Assembly (NCBI RefSeq): GCF_020745735.1
Contig: NC_083412.1
Coordinates: 14,192,235 to 14,256,234 of the forward strand
Source of the DNA: Hemiscyllium ocellatum
Lineage: Eukaryota
DNA length: 64,000 nt
Reading direction: 5' to 3'
Below, piece after piece: positions 1 to 12,350 of the stretch; within the stretch, counting starts at the first letter, position 1; the number at the start of each line of letters is the position of its first letter. The notes below the pieces were generated by a model that made no database searches, was not told the origin of the DNA, and was given only the letters and a program-made list of their open reading frames with translations. The position numbers were made by a program, and so were the translations under genes.

Positions 1-457
1 TCAGAGGAGGTTTACCAGGATGCTGCCTGGACTGGAGGGCTTGTCTTATGAAGAGAGTTTGACTGAGCTCGGGCTTTTTTCATTGGAGAAAAGGAGGAGG
101 AGAGGGGACCGAATTGAGGGAAACAAGATAATAAGAAGCACAGGAAGATTCGATAGCCAGAGACAATTTACCAGGGCAGAAAAGACAAACACGAGGGGCT
201 ATAGTTTTTAGCTGGTTGGAGGAAAGTATAGAGGTGATGTCAGAAGCAGGTTCTTCACACAGCGTTGTGAGAGCATGGGATGCGTTGCCAGCAACAGTTG
301 TGGAAGCAAGGTCATTGGGGACATTTAAGGGACTACTGGACATGCATATGGTCACAGAAATTTGAGGGTGCATACATGTGGATCAGTGGTCGGCACAATA
401 TCGTGGGCTGAATGGCATTTTCTGTGCTGTACAATTCTATGTTCTATGGTCTATGCT
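1..457 (+). mobile_element. CR1-clade LINE 3' end
   Basis: ORF2 C-terminus ([24 protein letters not shown]), 3'UTR and (TTCTATG)n tail. Confidence 0.9.
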
Positions 458-1344
458 CCGAATTTACACCCCTAATTACTTCACCTGAAACAAGTTTCCG
501 GCTCACCTTTCACCACCACCTCAAAACCCAGAGAGGTGCCGAGATTTGCAGTGAAAGGAGTATAATCTTACAATATCTTTAAGCAGAAGTAAAATATTTC
601 TGTTTGATTCAGACACAATATACTTTATTTGTACTTTCTCTAAGATAGCCCACGTTTTTTAAAAAACAATTGCTACGCAACTCGCTCTAGAAATTCGAAA
701 TAGCTCATTGTAAATTTGTCCAAATTCAATATTGCGTAGTCTCCATCAAATTTACTTCCTTGTTGGAGTGCACTGTAAACATTGAGACTGTGTGCATGAA
801 CTTTATCCTCTTCCAAGAATCCCTTTAAATTATCAGGTACCTATTACACTGAAGTGATTCAGAATATAGTCTCGCGTGAATCTAAGCATACCTTTTAGAA
901 TTAAGGCTCATTGGTTTCGAAATTTCTGACGTTCGGGCTCATTAGTTTCGAAAATCCTGGCACTCTCGAAAATTAATAATTTCACACTACTTCACCAGCA
1001 CTGAGATGCATTATTAATAAATGGCTTGATGTGTTGATGGTTGTTCATCCATCATTATGTTGCGACGTTGAATGGGACAAATGGGTTCCACTCTTCAGTG
1101 TCTCCATTTCCTGAAAACATAAACAAGTTCCATCCAGTCCACGTCAAACAGAATGGGTTTATTTGTATTAAGCTTATACTGATGCAGAAAAAAACAAATA
1201 GTTGGGATGAAAACGCCGGCATGTAATTACTTCATCCGTCTCTCTTCCTTCTTGAAGGAAGAGAATGCTCATCCCTTTGTTAAATAGGGATTTCCTAACC
1301 TTTTTGCACACCGACAATTGCATTTCCATAATTCCAATGTTCCT

Positions 1345-4300
1345 ACCATAGAACACAGAACATAGAAAAACACAGCACAGAACCGGCACTTCGGCCCTTG
1401 ATGTGAACTTATTAAAACCCATCACCCAACACTGTCCCACCATCATCCATGTGCTTATTCAATGATTGTTCAAATCTCCCTAATGTAGCTGAGTCAACTA
1501 ATTGACAGGCACGTCATTCCACGCCCTCACCACTCTCTGACATCTGTCGTAAATCTATCATCCCTCAATTTGTAGTTATGCCCTTCGGACACGCTGATGT
1601 CATAATCCTGGGACATAGATATTCATTGGTTATCCAATCTAATCCTCTGATCATCTTGTACATCGCTGTCAAGTCCGATGTTCGCCTTCTTCTTTCTAAA
1701 GAAAACAGACAGAAGCTTTTCAGCCTTTCCTATTAAGACCTTCTCTCCAGATCAGGAAACATCGTGTTAGATATCCTCTCTACAATTTCCAATGCTCCCA
1801 CATCCTTCCTGTATTGGGGAGACCAGAACTCTACACAAGTGTAGCCGCACTAGCATTTTGCATAGTTGCAGCATTACATTACAGCTCCAGAACGTAATCC
1901 ATCTACCAATAAAACGTATCACACTGTATACCTTCTTAAAAGCATTATAGACCTTGGGTTGCAACTTTCCGGGATGTATGTACATGGAATCCAAGATCCC
2001 TCTCACATTCACACCCCCAAGAATCTTTCCATTGACCCAGTGTTCTGCATTCCTGTAATTCTTCCCAAAGTGAATCACATCACATTTATGTGCATTGAAC
2101 TTCATTTGCCACCTGCCAGCCCAATTATGCAGTTGATTCAAGTCTCCCTGCAACCTGCAGCATTCTTCCACAAAGTCCATTACTCAACCGATTTTAGAAT
2201 CATCTGCAATCTCACTAACCCATCCACCCATGCCCCCGTCTAAGTCATGTATAAATTCACAAATAGCAGTGGTCCCAAAATAGATCTTTGTGGCACATCA
2301 CTTGTAACAAAACTCCAGGATGAACACATTCTATCAACCCCTCTCACTGCCTTTTTACAAAAAGCCAATTCCGAATCCAAATTGCTACATCACACGCCAT
2401 CTCATGCCTCGCATTTTCTGCAACAGCTTACCACGTTGAGCCTTATCGTAGGCTTTACTGAAGTCCTTATGCACTCCACATCAACTTTCCTACCCTCACG
2501 AACATGTTTGGTCACCTTCTCAAAAACCTCAATTTGTGAGAAATGACCTGCCCTTGACGAAACCATGTTGACTACATAAATCAAATTGTGGCTTGCGAGA
2601 TGCTTATAAGTCATATCTGTAATTACCATTTCCAAACCCTTTCCTACAACAGACGTAAGGCTTACTGGTCTGTCATTACCCGGGTCAGCTCGACTGCCGT
2701 TCTTGAACAAGCGCACAACATTTGCAAACCTCCTGACTTCTGGTACAGAACCTGTAGGTTAGATGACACAAAGATCAAAGCCAAAGACTCTGTCATCTCC
2801 TCGCGAGTTTCGCAGAGAATCATCAGATAAATCCCTTCGAGAACAGGGGACTTATCTACATTCAGTCCTTCCAGAATGGATACATCACTTCCTTACTAAG
2901 ATATATTTGTTTCGCACCTCTCCGACCTCCACAGGGTCCATACACAGCTTCCCAATTGTGCTTTGACCGGCCCTATTCCTACCCTGGTCATCCTTTGGTC
3001 CCTCACAGGCCTAGAGAAAGATGTAGAGTTCTCCTTTATTCTACCTGCTAAAGACCGCTTATGTCATCTCTTTCCTCTTCTCAATTCTCTCTTTCAGTCC
3101 TTCTTAGTTAATCTGTAATTCTCCAATGCCACAAATGAACGATCTCGTTTCATCACCACAAAAGCGTCCATATTCCGCTGAACACGAGATGCAATTTGTG
3201 CAGTAAAACACGGTTGCTTTACCTTATCTCTTCATTCCTGCCTGACAGAGACATACATATCATGGACACCCACCGTCATTTCCTTAAAGCAGCTTTACAT
3301 TTCGATTGTCCCCATCCCCTACATTTTGCTTCCCCTTTTCTATGCATCCTAGGTCTTGTCAAACCATCCAAACCATCTGCTCTAAGAAAGTTCCAGTCGA
3401 TATTTGGAAAATTGAAATCACCCATAACAACTACCCTGCTACATCTGCATTTTTCCACAATCTGATTTACAATACTATATCCTCTTTTTCCATCTTCCCT
3501 GTTCTTTCTCAACGTTCTAAACCCTGGAACAACAAGCACACATTCGTGTCCCTGTGAAAGCTACGTCTGCGTTATTGCCATAACACCATAGCCCCAGGTA
3601 CTGATCCATGCTCTCAGTTCGTCACTGTTATTTCTGACACTCCTTGCGTTAAAACAGACACACTTTAACTGAGCCCTTTGTTTCATCGCGTGGGAAAAAG
3701 AAGTCCCAAAACATTCATTACATCCTGTCCATGCTCCATCGCAACTGTTGCCTCTCAGATATGTAGCTCTGATTCCCACCCCCCGCCAAACTAGTTGAAA
3801 TGCTCCCGAACCAAATTACCAAATCTCCCTCCCAGGACATTCGTGTCCCTCCAGTTTAGGTGGAAACCTTAATTCATGAACAGATTTCATTTTAGCCCGA
3901 GGGTATCCCGATGATATAAGTATCAGAAGTCCTCTCTCCTGCACCAGCCTCGCAGCCACGTTTAAAACTGCATTCCCTGGCTGTTTGTCACCTCTCCATG
4001 CAGTGGCTAAAATAGCAAACCCGTGATCACGATTGTACTCGACCTGCATTTCAACTTTCAGTCTAGGTCTCTGTAGTCACATTTCAGATCTTCAATCCCG
4101 TTCCTAGCTATGGCATTGTAGACAATACGTTCCCTGATTTCTGGCTGCTCACTCTCCCACTTCAGAATCTTATCAACCCGATAGGCGACATCTCAGACCC
4201 TGGAACCAAAAGGAAAATTACCTTCCAGGAGTCCCGCTCCTGACCAAAATAACTACTGTCAATCAGTCGAAATGTTGGGTCTGCTACCACTACCGCTTTT

Positions 4301-4485
4301 CTATTCTTCCCCCTTCCCATCTGAGCCACACTGCCAGGCTCAGTTCCAGAGACCTGACAACTATGGCTTTCTGCTGATAGGCCGTACCGACCAGCAGTAA
4401 CCAAAGGGGAAGAGTTTTTGCTGAGAGGAACGGCCACAGGGGATCCCTGCTCTAACAATCCCTTCCATTTCTTCCCTTCCGGCAT
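1345..4485 (-). mobile_element. Decayed CR1 LINE (partial ORF1 esterase, APE endonuclease, RT, tail) with internal deletions
   Basis: Motifs RKAVVV, CFNARSVRN, VMGDFNFPNIDW, RPVSLTSVVGK, LQGDL..L..WA..WQMKFN..KC; (CATAGAA)-type tail near 1347-1370. Confidence 0.92.
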
Positions 4486-4489
4486 TTGT

Positions 4490-7400
4490 TCGATAGTCCC
4501 GATGTGGGATAAGGATTGTTGGACTAGAAGGCAGCGAGTTGTAAATGTTCGTGTCTTTTCTTTCTCGTGGTAAATTTGGTTGTTCCAAACAGTTCTTGTT
4601 GTAGTAATGCCTCTTTTGTTTATCAGAGCTTTCGGGGTGTGGAAGAAGTGCTTTCCGGTGTTTTATAAAAGGAAAACGAAGCAAAATTGTTGGAATTGCT
4701 CGTTAAGATGGTTTTAAAGTTACCTTCTTACCATCACCATAAGAAAGGGAGAGATAATTACAACAATAGCTCAACATTTATATTTGCTAGAAATGACATC
4801 GGAGTATTTGGAGATGGCTAAAATTCAATTGAAAGTGACACAGCTTGAGTTAAAGACAAAAGAAAAATTAAGAGGAAAATAAATGAAATGGGCTTGAATT
4901 ATGATTAGAAACACAGGTAAGAAAAAGATGAAAACCTAGTAGACAAAAACTGAAAGGTAGAATTACTTTAGCAGTACTAAAAGAAAATGAGAGATAAGAA
5001 AGAGACAAGGAGACAGAGCAGAGGTAGCAATTGGCGGATTGGTGTTTGAACATCACAAATTATCACTTGGCCATGAAAGCCAGCTTGAAAGGATTGAGAT
5101 GAATGCTGAATGTAAGCTTAGTGTGGAAGAGAGTCAAGGTGAGGAAACCCATGGTAGCCAAAGTCCTGGTGAGCATCTGTTCAAATATATTCGAGCATTG
5201 TCTAAGCTTTGCGAGAAGGATGTGGAAGCCTTTGTTGTCTTAGTTGAGAAGGTGGTTGAAGGGATGAATTGGCCAGTGACCATGTGGATTTTGTTGATTC
5301 AAACATAACTGATAAATAGAGGTAGAGAAGTATTTGCATCACTATCAGGCGAGGTATCCTGCATTGATGAGAAAGCGAATAAAGTCAATTTAATTGCATG
5401 TGAACTTGGACTAGAAGTCTACAGACAACGTTCCAGAAGTCTCCCGAGCGTCCCTGGTCACACCTGAACTCCGTTTGAAAAGACCAACCGAACTAATTTT
5501 GATTGATGGATAACGGCGTTAAAATGCAATATATCTATGATGTGTTAAGAAAGATGATTTTTTTTAAGAGTTCAAAAATTCACTTCCGAAGGCAGTGAGC
5601 AATCTCATGGAAGAGCAGAGCATTAAAACGTTAAGATTAGCGGCTAAAATGGTTGGTGTTTATGAGTTGGTTCAAAAATCGAAGTTTGGCTTCCAACATC
5701 AACTTCAGTGAATGAGGCACAGTAATGGGAGTAAAGCGAAATCCTCATGTGGTAAAGAATAAATTGAAGATCACTAGGATAATTTACCACAGGGCAAAAA
5801 GGAAACCCTTGATGCAGAAAGAGAAATTATAAAGCTCCAATATCTTCACTGCAATAAAGCAGGCCACGAGAAATCGCAGCGTCTGCTGTTTCGAAAAAAA
5901 AAACACGAGGACGACAGACGTAGAAAAACAGGATAAGTCAGTGAATTTTGGTGGAATGCAAACAGAAAGTACAATGGAGGCGAAAAATGTGCACCAGAAT
6001 GTACAATCTGGTCGTAGGTTGGTTCAGGCGGAAGTGGCAGATCTTCTTAAAACATATACCTGCGAAACTAAAGTTCACTTGCAGAGGCCAGGCGGAGCAG
6101 GTAAGGAGGTTACAATATAAACAAGCACAAGATCTTATCAAACTACGATTCTGAAAGTTGAGGACAGATGGACCTCTGAAGGCCCATTACGAGATAGAGT
6201 GCTCTTAACAGGATTTCCCGGTGAGACAAGAAGTATTCAAACATGTAGAGTGAGGTTTGGGAGTCCCATGAAAAAAGTGGAGTATTTATGGCAGGAGCGC
6301 TGGATTTTTGCTGAACTCCAGGAGTGTAATTTGTCCTTGCTATTGATGTATCTGGTGCACAGGTAGGAGTTCTACATACTGTGGTTGAAAGGTGAGGGCA
6401 AATAAGAAAATTCAAGGGGAATCCTCAGAGACTCTGTTTAACATGAGCATATTGATGACAAAGTAAACATTTTTATCTCACAGCAACTAACTGAGTTGCA
6501 GCAGGAAAATCATTCAACAAAACAATTCATCATAAATCATACACAGGGAGATATTGCGAATCTATTTTAGTGTGATTATGTTAAATATATGCCTTTTGAG
6601 GAAATGTAGACCATCATATATTCTGGCAGATGAGAAATGGGCAGAAGTTCATCAAATCGCATTGCCAGTGACTTTCCGAGGAGATATTGGGGTAGTACAT
6701 GAACTGCCAGGAGGCGTACATTTCGAGTTAAGAAACTCAAACTAAAATGCAAAATCATTTTTTTTTTTGTCTGGACTGCACAAGGATGTAATTGAAAATT
6801 GCTAGATAAGACATACATGTTAGCTCATTCGAAAAATAGAGACAGTGATAAAACCCGCATTTTTAATAACTATTCCTGCTTTTGAGAAAGCTTTTCCAAG
6901 TGCCTCAATTTATTGCAGATGACCCGTACTTAAACAAAAAGTGCAATTCCATATTTGATAACAATAATGAATGCCCACGAGATTTCCATATTCCATTCCA
7001 TACGCAATGTCATAGCTAAAAGGATTGTGGAGGATTTACTCAAACGTTTCACGAGCTCTGGGATACCAAGTGAGATTTAGTCAGATTAATTGTCAAACTT
7101 TGCATCAGAATTAGTCAAAGACGTTATGGAAAGGTTAGAACGGAGTAATGCAAATCTGTTACATGCCAACCAGAATTGCAGAGAACTCTCGAATGTTGGC
7201 ATCAAACATGAATGAACACGCTGAAGGCATACTGTCAAGTCAGTCCAGATAATTGTGAAAAAGAAATACTGTTTGTACGTTTCTCCATCAGAGATGCACC
7301 AAATGAATCATCCATTTGCATTATTGTTCGGCCATAAAGTGACAGGAACGCGAAAATTCATCAAGGAGAAAGTTTTAAGTCTTAATTCGTAGACCATATA

Positions 7401-9813
7401 TTTGGATTAAGTGTCGATATTTCTGGAACGACAAAGAAGATCAGAGGAGTTGGCTAGAAAGAATTAAAATGTGTCACAGCATGCAATGAACCAGGAAGCA
7501 GACAATAAATAAAAAAAAACTCGCCGTTTTACTCTTGGAGATAAGGTATTAATTTTACTTCCAGTGACAGGTACACCATGAAAAGCAGTTTTTAGTGGAC
7601 CTTATCAAGTCAAAAGGAGAAGGGAGAACCAAGATCAGAGGATTCTGAAATAGACATTTCACAGATTAAATTGGACAACGTGGATATTGTTAAAAATTGG
7701 TATAAACCTTTCAGAGTAAAATCAAAATTACCTGAAAGAGTGTTTTGCTATCAAATAGGGAGATAAATGGAAATAAGCTGGAAAATACTAACTAATTATA
7801 CATGATTTAGAAATAGGAAATACTGTTCTGATAATGCAACATCTGTATCAGCGTAAACCTCCAATCGGCACAATTTAAAAAGGACATTGAATGCATGCTC
7901 CAAGTGAACATAAGAGAATTGAGTTAGACACTGGAGCTCATCCATCGTCATGATTCCAAAACCAGATGGAACCTTATGGTTATTTGTTGTCTATCACAAA
8001 TTTAATGGACTTGGAAAGTCTTATCCGTATCCAATTCCCCTTGTGGAAGGCTGTGTTTAACGAGGGGCAAGCAACCTATGTTTATAAGTTGGACATGCTC
8101 AGAGGGCACTGGGAGATAACATTGTCGGAAGGATTGAAGCCCATTTTGGTTCTCGTTACGCCGAATGAATTACACCAATTTTAATTCATGCCATTTGTCA
8201 CTGAAAATGCGCCAGTCACATTTCAAACACAAACCAACAAGATCATTGCCGGATTAACCAGCTGTGAAATTTGTTTCGATGACCTGGTGACTTTTATTAA
8301 CACATGAAGGAACATTTGTAACATTTATCAGAATTATTCAATCGACAATGGGAGACAGACATGCTGATAAATCTGGCTAAAGGTGCATTTTCCAAAGCCA
8401 AAGTCACATCCTGTGCCATGCTACTAAACATTGACAAAATACTTCCTGGGCTGCAAAAAAAAATGTATTTTCGTAGTTTCCCATATCATCGACGAAACGA
8501 AGAGTACCACAGTTCCTGGGATTGAATGGATTTATTCAGAAGGTCGTTCCAATTTTTAGTTGCATGTCTCCTGTACTCAGTGGGTTGCTGAAGCAAGGCA
8601 CTAAGATTCAGTGGACAGCGGACTGCCAGAACACAATTGAGATCCTGAAAGCTCTGACACCGCTGCCTCAGCATTAGCCACACCTAAATACGCAAAGCCT
8701 TTCCAGATGTCTATCTATCCAATTGATTTGGATGTCGATGCTGTGTTCATTATGGAAGGTAGGAGCACGTAATACATTTATTGGGTATTTCGTCGGGATA
8801 TTGAACATTCAACAGCAGAAGATTTCGACAATGGAAAGGCGACTTTGAGTTGACGGTTGGCATTACAGCATTTCAACGTTCACGTTACCACTAATGGATC
8901 TGAGACAATCATATACACTGATCCTAACACATTTAACGATTGTAGAGAGAATTAAGAGCTTGGTTTTGCAGTCACTCCATTTGAAAATCGTGCACGTGGC
9001 AGGATGAGAAAAGATGAGAACTAACATATTGTGAAGTCTTGGTCGACAAATGGAAGTGGCTGCTAGTAGCAGTAAGGAGCTTGAAGTAGAATGTAATATC
9101 GCGTGTTTACATGGTTACAGTCAATGTAACGTGTCTGTATTGTCGTGAACCAACAATCGAAAATTAAATGGTTTTATAATGAAGGCATCTTTGGATATTG
9201 ATGTTTACGTTCTGTTTTCAGTGGTGAAACGTTAAGTTGTTGCTCATTTAATACGATTAAGCTAATTTTGGTTACTTTTCAAGAAGGGTCATAAAGTCAG
9301 ATGTGCTGTAATGTCTGAACTGCCATTTAATAATGTTGAGTCGAAGCTTCCTAAGTCAAACATGCAAAAAAGGCATTCAGTCTTTTTAAGACACGTGTGC
9401 AATGAAAGGGGAGTGGTTAAATCTCCAAGTTCAGGCTGTTTTCTTGTTTTGGGTTAACTTTACCTGGTCCCAAAAGAAACATCTCAATGCTGATCCTCTC
9501 TGTTTCTGACTTGTCGCTTCTGTGGAATCCTGCGTTTGAATTTACCATTTTCACAAGGGGTGTGGTTGGGTGATGTTGCAGGAAATAGGAACAGTTCTTC
9601 GTTATGTTACGTTTTAGTATCAATTGTGTTCTAAAATAGTTCTGTTCTTTTTTCGTCTGTGAGTAAATAAATTCCGTTTTGATTAAACCCGAGTGGCTTG
9701 ACCAGCTGCTTCGCTCCTGGAATATTCACCTGACATCTGTTGAAAACAACTGGAAAGTTAGGTTCAGGGCTCCCTTCCTGCAATACTTTGTGTGGTCTGG
9801 CCAGGACAATTAC
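4490..9813 (+). mobile_element. Decayed Gypsy LTR retrotransposon, Gmr1-like (gag-PR-INT-RT-RH order); 5' LTR absent
   Basis: Gag-like KDVEAF..EKV...WP..W (~5220), CCHC knuckle remnant (~5845), integrase HELPGGVH (~6700) and core (~7050), then RT LDMLRGHW / MPF..NAP.TFQ (~8090-8230), then RNase H remnant (~8700-8950). Many stops and frameshifts. Confidence 0.88.
9222..9813 (+). repeat. Probable 3' LTR of the Gypsy element
   Basis: Follows RNase H. Begins TG, contains aaataaa (~9665) and ends ...ggccaggacaattaCA. No second copy in the window to confirm the limits. Confidence 0.55.
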
Positions 9814-10704
9814 ACTGTGTTAATAGTTAATAAGGCATTAGATCACCATCTCCCCAATCTTTAGCATTGACCAAAATCCAGAGTCAGTCCCAGATGCCAA
9901 TCAGTTTGTACAATGTTTACTTCTCCTAAAACAGGCAGGAAAATAATTTTGCTCATCTCTATGGATAATGCTGGATAAACAATGGAGTATGTTTGAACCA
10001 AACTGCGCTCTAAATATGAGATACTGATCTCTGTTTACAAGGAGAGTTCCCAGAAGACGAGCACAGGTGCAGACACTTTAATGACGCAGGACGCTTTGCT
10101 GAAGACAAGATAGAGTGTCTATTTTGCAAACCAGAACATTGCAATGGCAATTGTATGGACTCAGGTTTTATTTGAGTGGAAGTTTTGGTGTACCGAATTG
10201 GACGGGTCGCTAGAGTCCATGCCAAATAGCCAAATTCATCTGATTGTGTTGGATATCCAACGTTTGATGTAGTGATTGGATTTTCAGCATACCACATGGT
10301 GGTATGTTGAAAATCACCATTGTTCAGATTGTCGGGATTTTAAAATGCCCTGTCACTTTTTTGTTCATATCATGGAAGCCATCTATTGCAGGACAGTGTA
10401 GAGTGCTTCGGTGAGCTGTACTGTACATTATCTACTGTGGATGCACAATTCTAGACGTAATCTCAACTATGAAGGCTCCAAAAGCAGTGCAAGAATTTTG
10501 CAAACCATGTTCAAATTAAGTTCCTTCTATTCATGTTTTCAATGATTGCGGGTGTCTTATTGTGCATGTTATGATTTTATGGGAATATCCAGCTAATCAG
10601 ACTAATCAATAAAGCAGAAGAAATCAAATACCACCTCCGCCAATAAATCATAGAATACACGACCATATCGTTCTCTATGCCTTTTCTAAGTGACAAGGAA
10701 TCAT

Positions 10705-11310
10705 TCCAGAATGTAAATTTGTTCGCTGAGTTGATAGCTTTGTTCTCAGACGTTTCGTCGCAGCATGCCAGTTAATATCAAAAGTGAGCCTCTGTTGAAG
10801 CACTGGTGCTCTATCCCGTTTACTATTTACGTTTCTTGGTCTGTTGCGGTGGGTGATATCAATTCCAGTTCATTGTCAGAGTGTTTGGGAAATGGGGCCC
10901 AATCGATTTGTTTCTTAATGGAGTTATTGTTTGAATGCCACTCCTCTAGGAATTGCCGTGAATGTCGAGGTTAGCCTGAACCAGAATGTATACACTGTCT
11001 CTGTCGAAATGGTGACCCTTTTCGTCTCTGTATCAGAATACCATAAGAATTTTGGTATCTAGTTGATCCTCGTGATTCCATGTGGTTAGTCAACTGCCAC
11101 TAGGTTCAATGTAGTATTTGTTGCAGTCCCTGCAGTGCATTTCATACATAAGCAAAAAGCGGAACAAAACACTGGTACTTCATCAGAGGCTCACTGCCGC
11201 TGTTACTAAGCACATTGATAAAACCTCTGCGAAAATATTGCCCAACTCAATGAGGAAACGTAGAAAGTGCACCACAAGTTGACCTACAAATCTCCAGAGA
11301 AATCACAATT
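10705..11310 (-). mobile_element. Penelope-like element remnant (GIY-YIG fragment flanked by oppositely oriented terminal sequence)
   Basis: Minus strand YEMHCRDCNKYYI (GIY-YIG-associated). cagaggctcact..gacgaaacgtctga terminus on - (~10745-10800) and a degenerate copy on + (~11180-11235). Mirror copy at ~47830-48425. Confidence 0.75.
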
Positions 11311-11463
11311 ATTTCAGGAGTACCGACTCATTGAAATTCACGTGATGTGGAACAACAATTACCTTGTGCAAAAATCTCTTTCAGACTGAGCTCAGGCGCG
11401 GACAAATATTTATCAGTAACTTGAACTTCCGTTGTTTTTTCCCCCTTTCTCTCTCTTTTACAG

Positions 11464-12350
11464 TTAGTCTGCTGGTGATTGCATTGCTGGCTTGGGGCAA
11501 CTGTGGTCTTTCTAAATGCACCACTCGCTATCTGGTGGCCATGGGAACGTCTGATCTTCTCTTCATTGTTTGTGATTTCGTAATTTTCCGATTTCGTTTC
11601 TTTTATTATCCAAAGTGTTTCCTGGACATCACCCCTGTTTGTAGTTTCGTCCATGTCCTGAGACGTTTGACCATTGACTGTTCTGTCTGGTTCACTGCTG
11701 CTTTTACTTTTGATCGATTGGTCGCCATTTGTTTTCATCAGATGAAAATTAAGTATTGCACAGAGAAAACTGCAATGAGGCTTCTAGCAACGATCTGCAT
11801 TTTCTTTTCTTTAAAGAACATTCCTTTCTACTTTCGATTTAAACCTGGAATTATCAGTAACAATATTTCATGGTACTGTTATACCAAGTCCAGTTATTTT
11901 AAAGACCGTCGGTGGGCAAGCTTTAAACATTTTGCACAATTTCTGACACCATTACTCCCATTCACTTTCGTTCTTTTTCTCAACGTTCTGACAGTGAGAC
12001 GTATCTTTGAGGCTGTTGAGGTTCGTAAGGGACTGCGGGGGCAGACCAAGACAAAGAGTGACTCGGAGATCGAGAGCCGACGGAATTCCATGGCTTTACT
12101 CTTTGCCATATCCACCAGCTTCATACTTCTCTGGTTGGTGTATATTCTATATACATTTCAAGCCGGTTATTCCTTACATTCTGCTGCTTTTTATCTCTTT
12201 GAACAAGTCGCATATATGCTGCGGAACCTCAGTTGCTGCACAAATGCACTTATTTATGTGGTGACACAGAAAAAGTTCAGAGCTCAGTTAAAGTATGTCG
12301 TGAAATATCCTGGCAGCAAACTAATTGAATGGATGAATAAATCCAACTGA
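11464..12350 (+). CDS. Terminal coding exon (~295 aa, mid-TM1 to stop) of a GPR139/GPR142-like class A orphan GPCR; first exon not securely located
   Basis: Pyrimidine tract + ttacag acceptor at 11463. Open frame with hydrophobic TM segments, CGLSKCTTRYLVAM..SDLL, FLDITPVC, FTFDRLVAIC (DRY-like), KYCTEKTA, TPLLPF, FILLW, LSCCTNALIY, TGA at 12348-12350. The track's GTG start at 11364 is probably intronic. Confidence 0.9.

Noticed and set aside
11364-11463. N-terminal 33 codons of the 328-aa ORF as the true GPCR start
   Set aside because: Starts at GTG and runs through a polypyrimidine tract and acceptor; the paralog has indels here, so it is intron.
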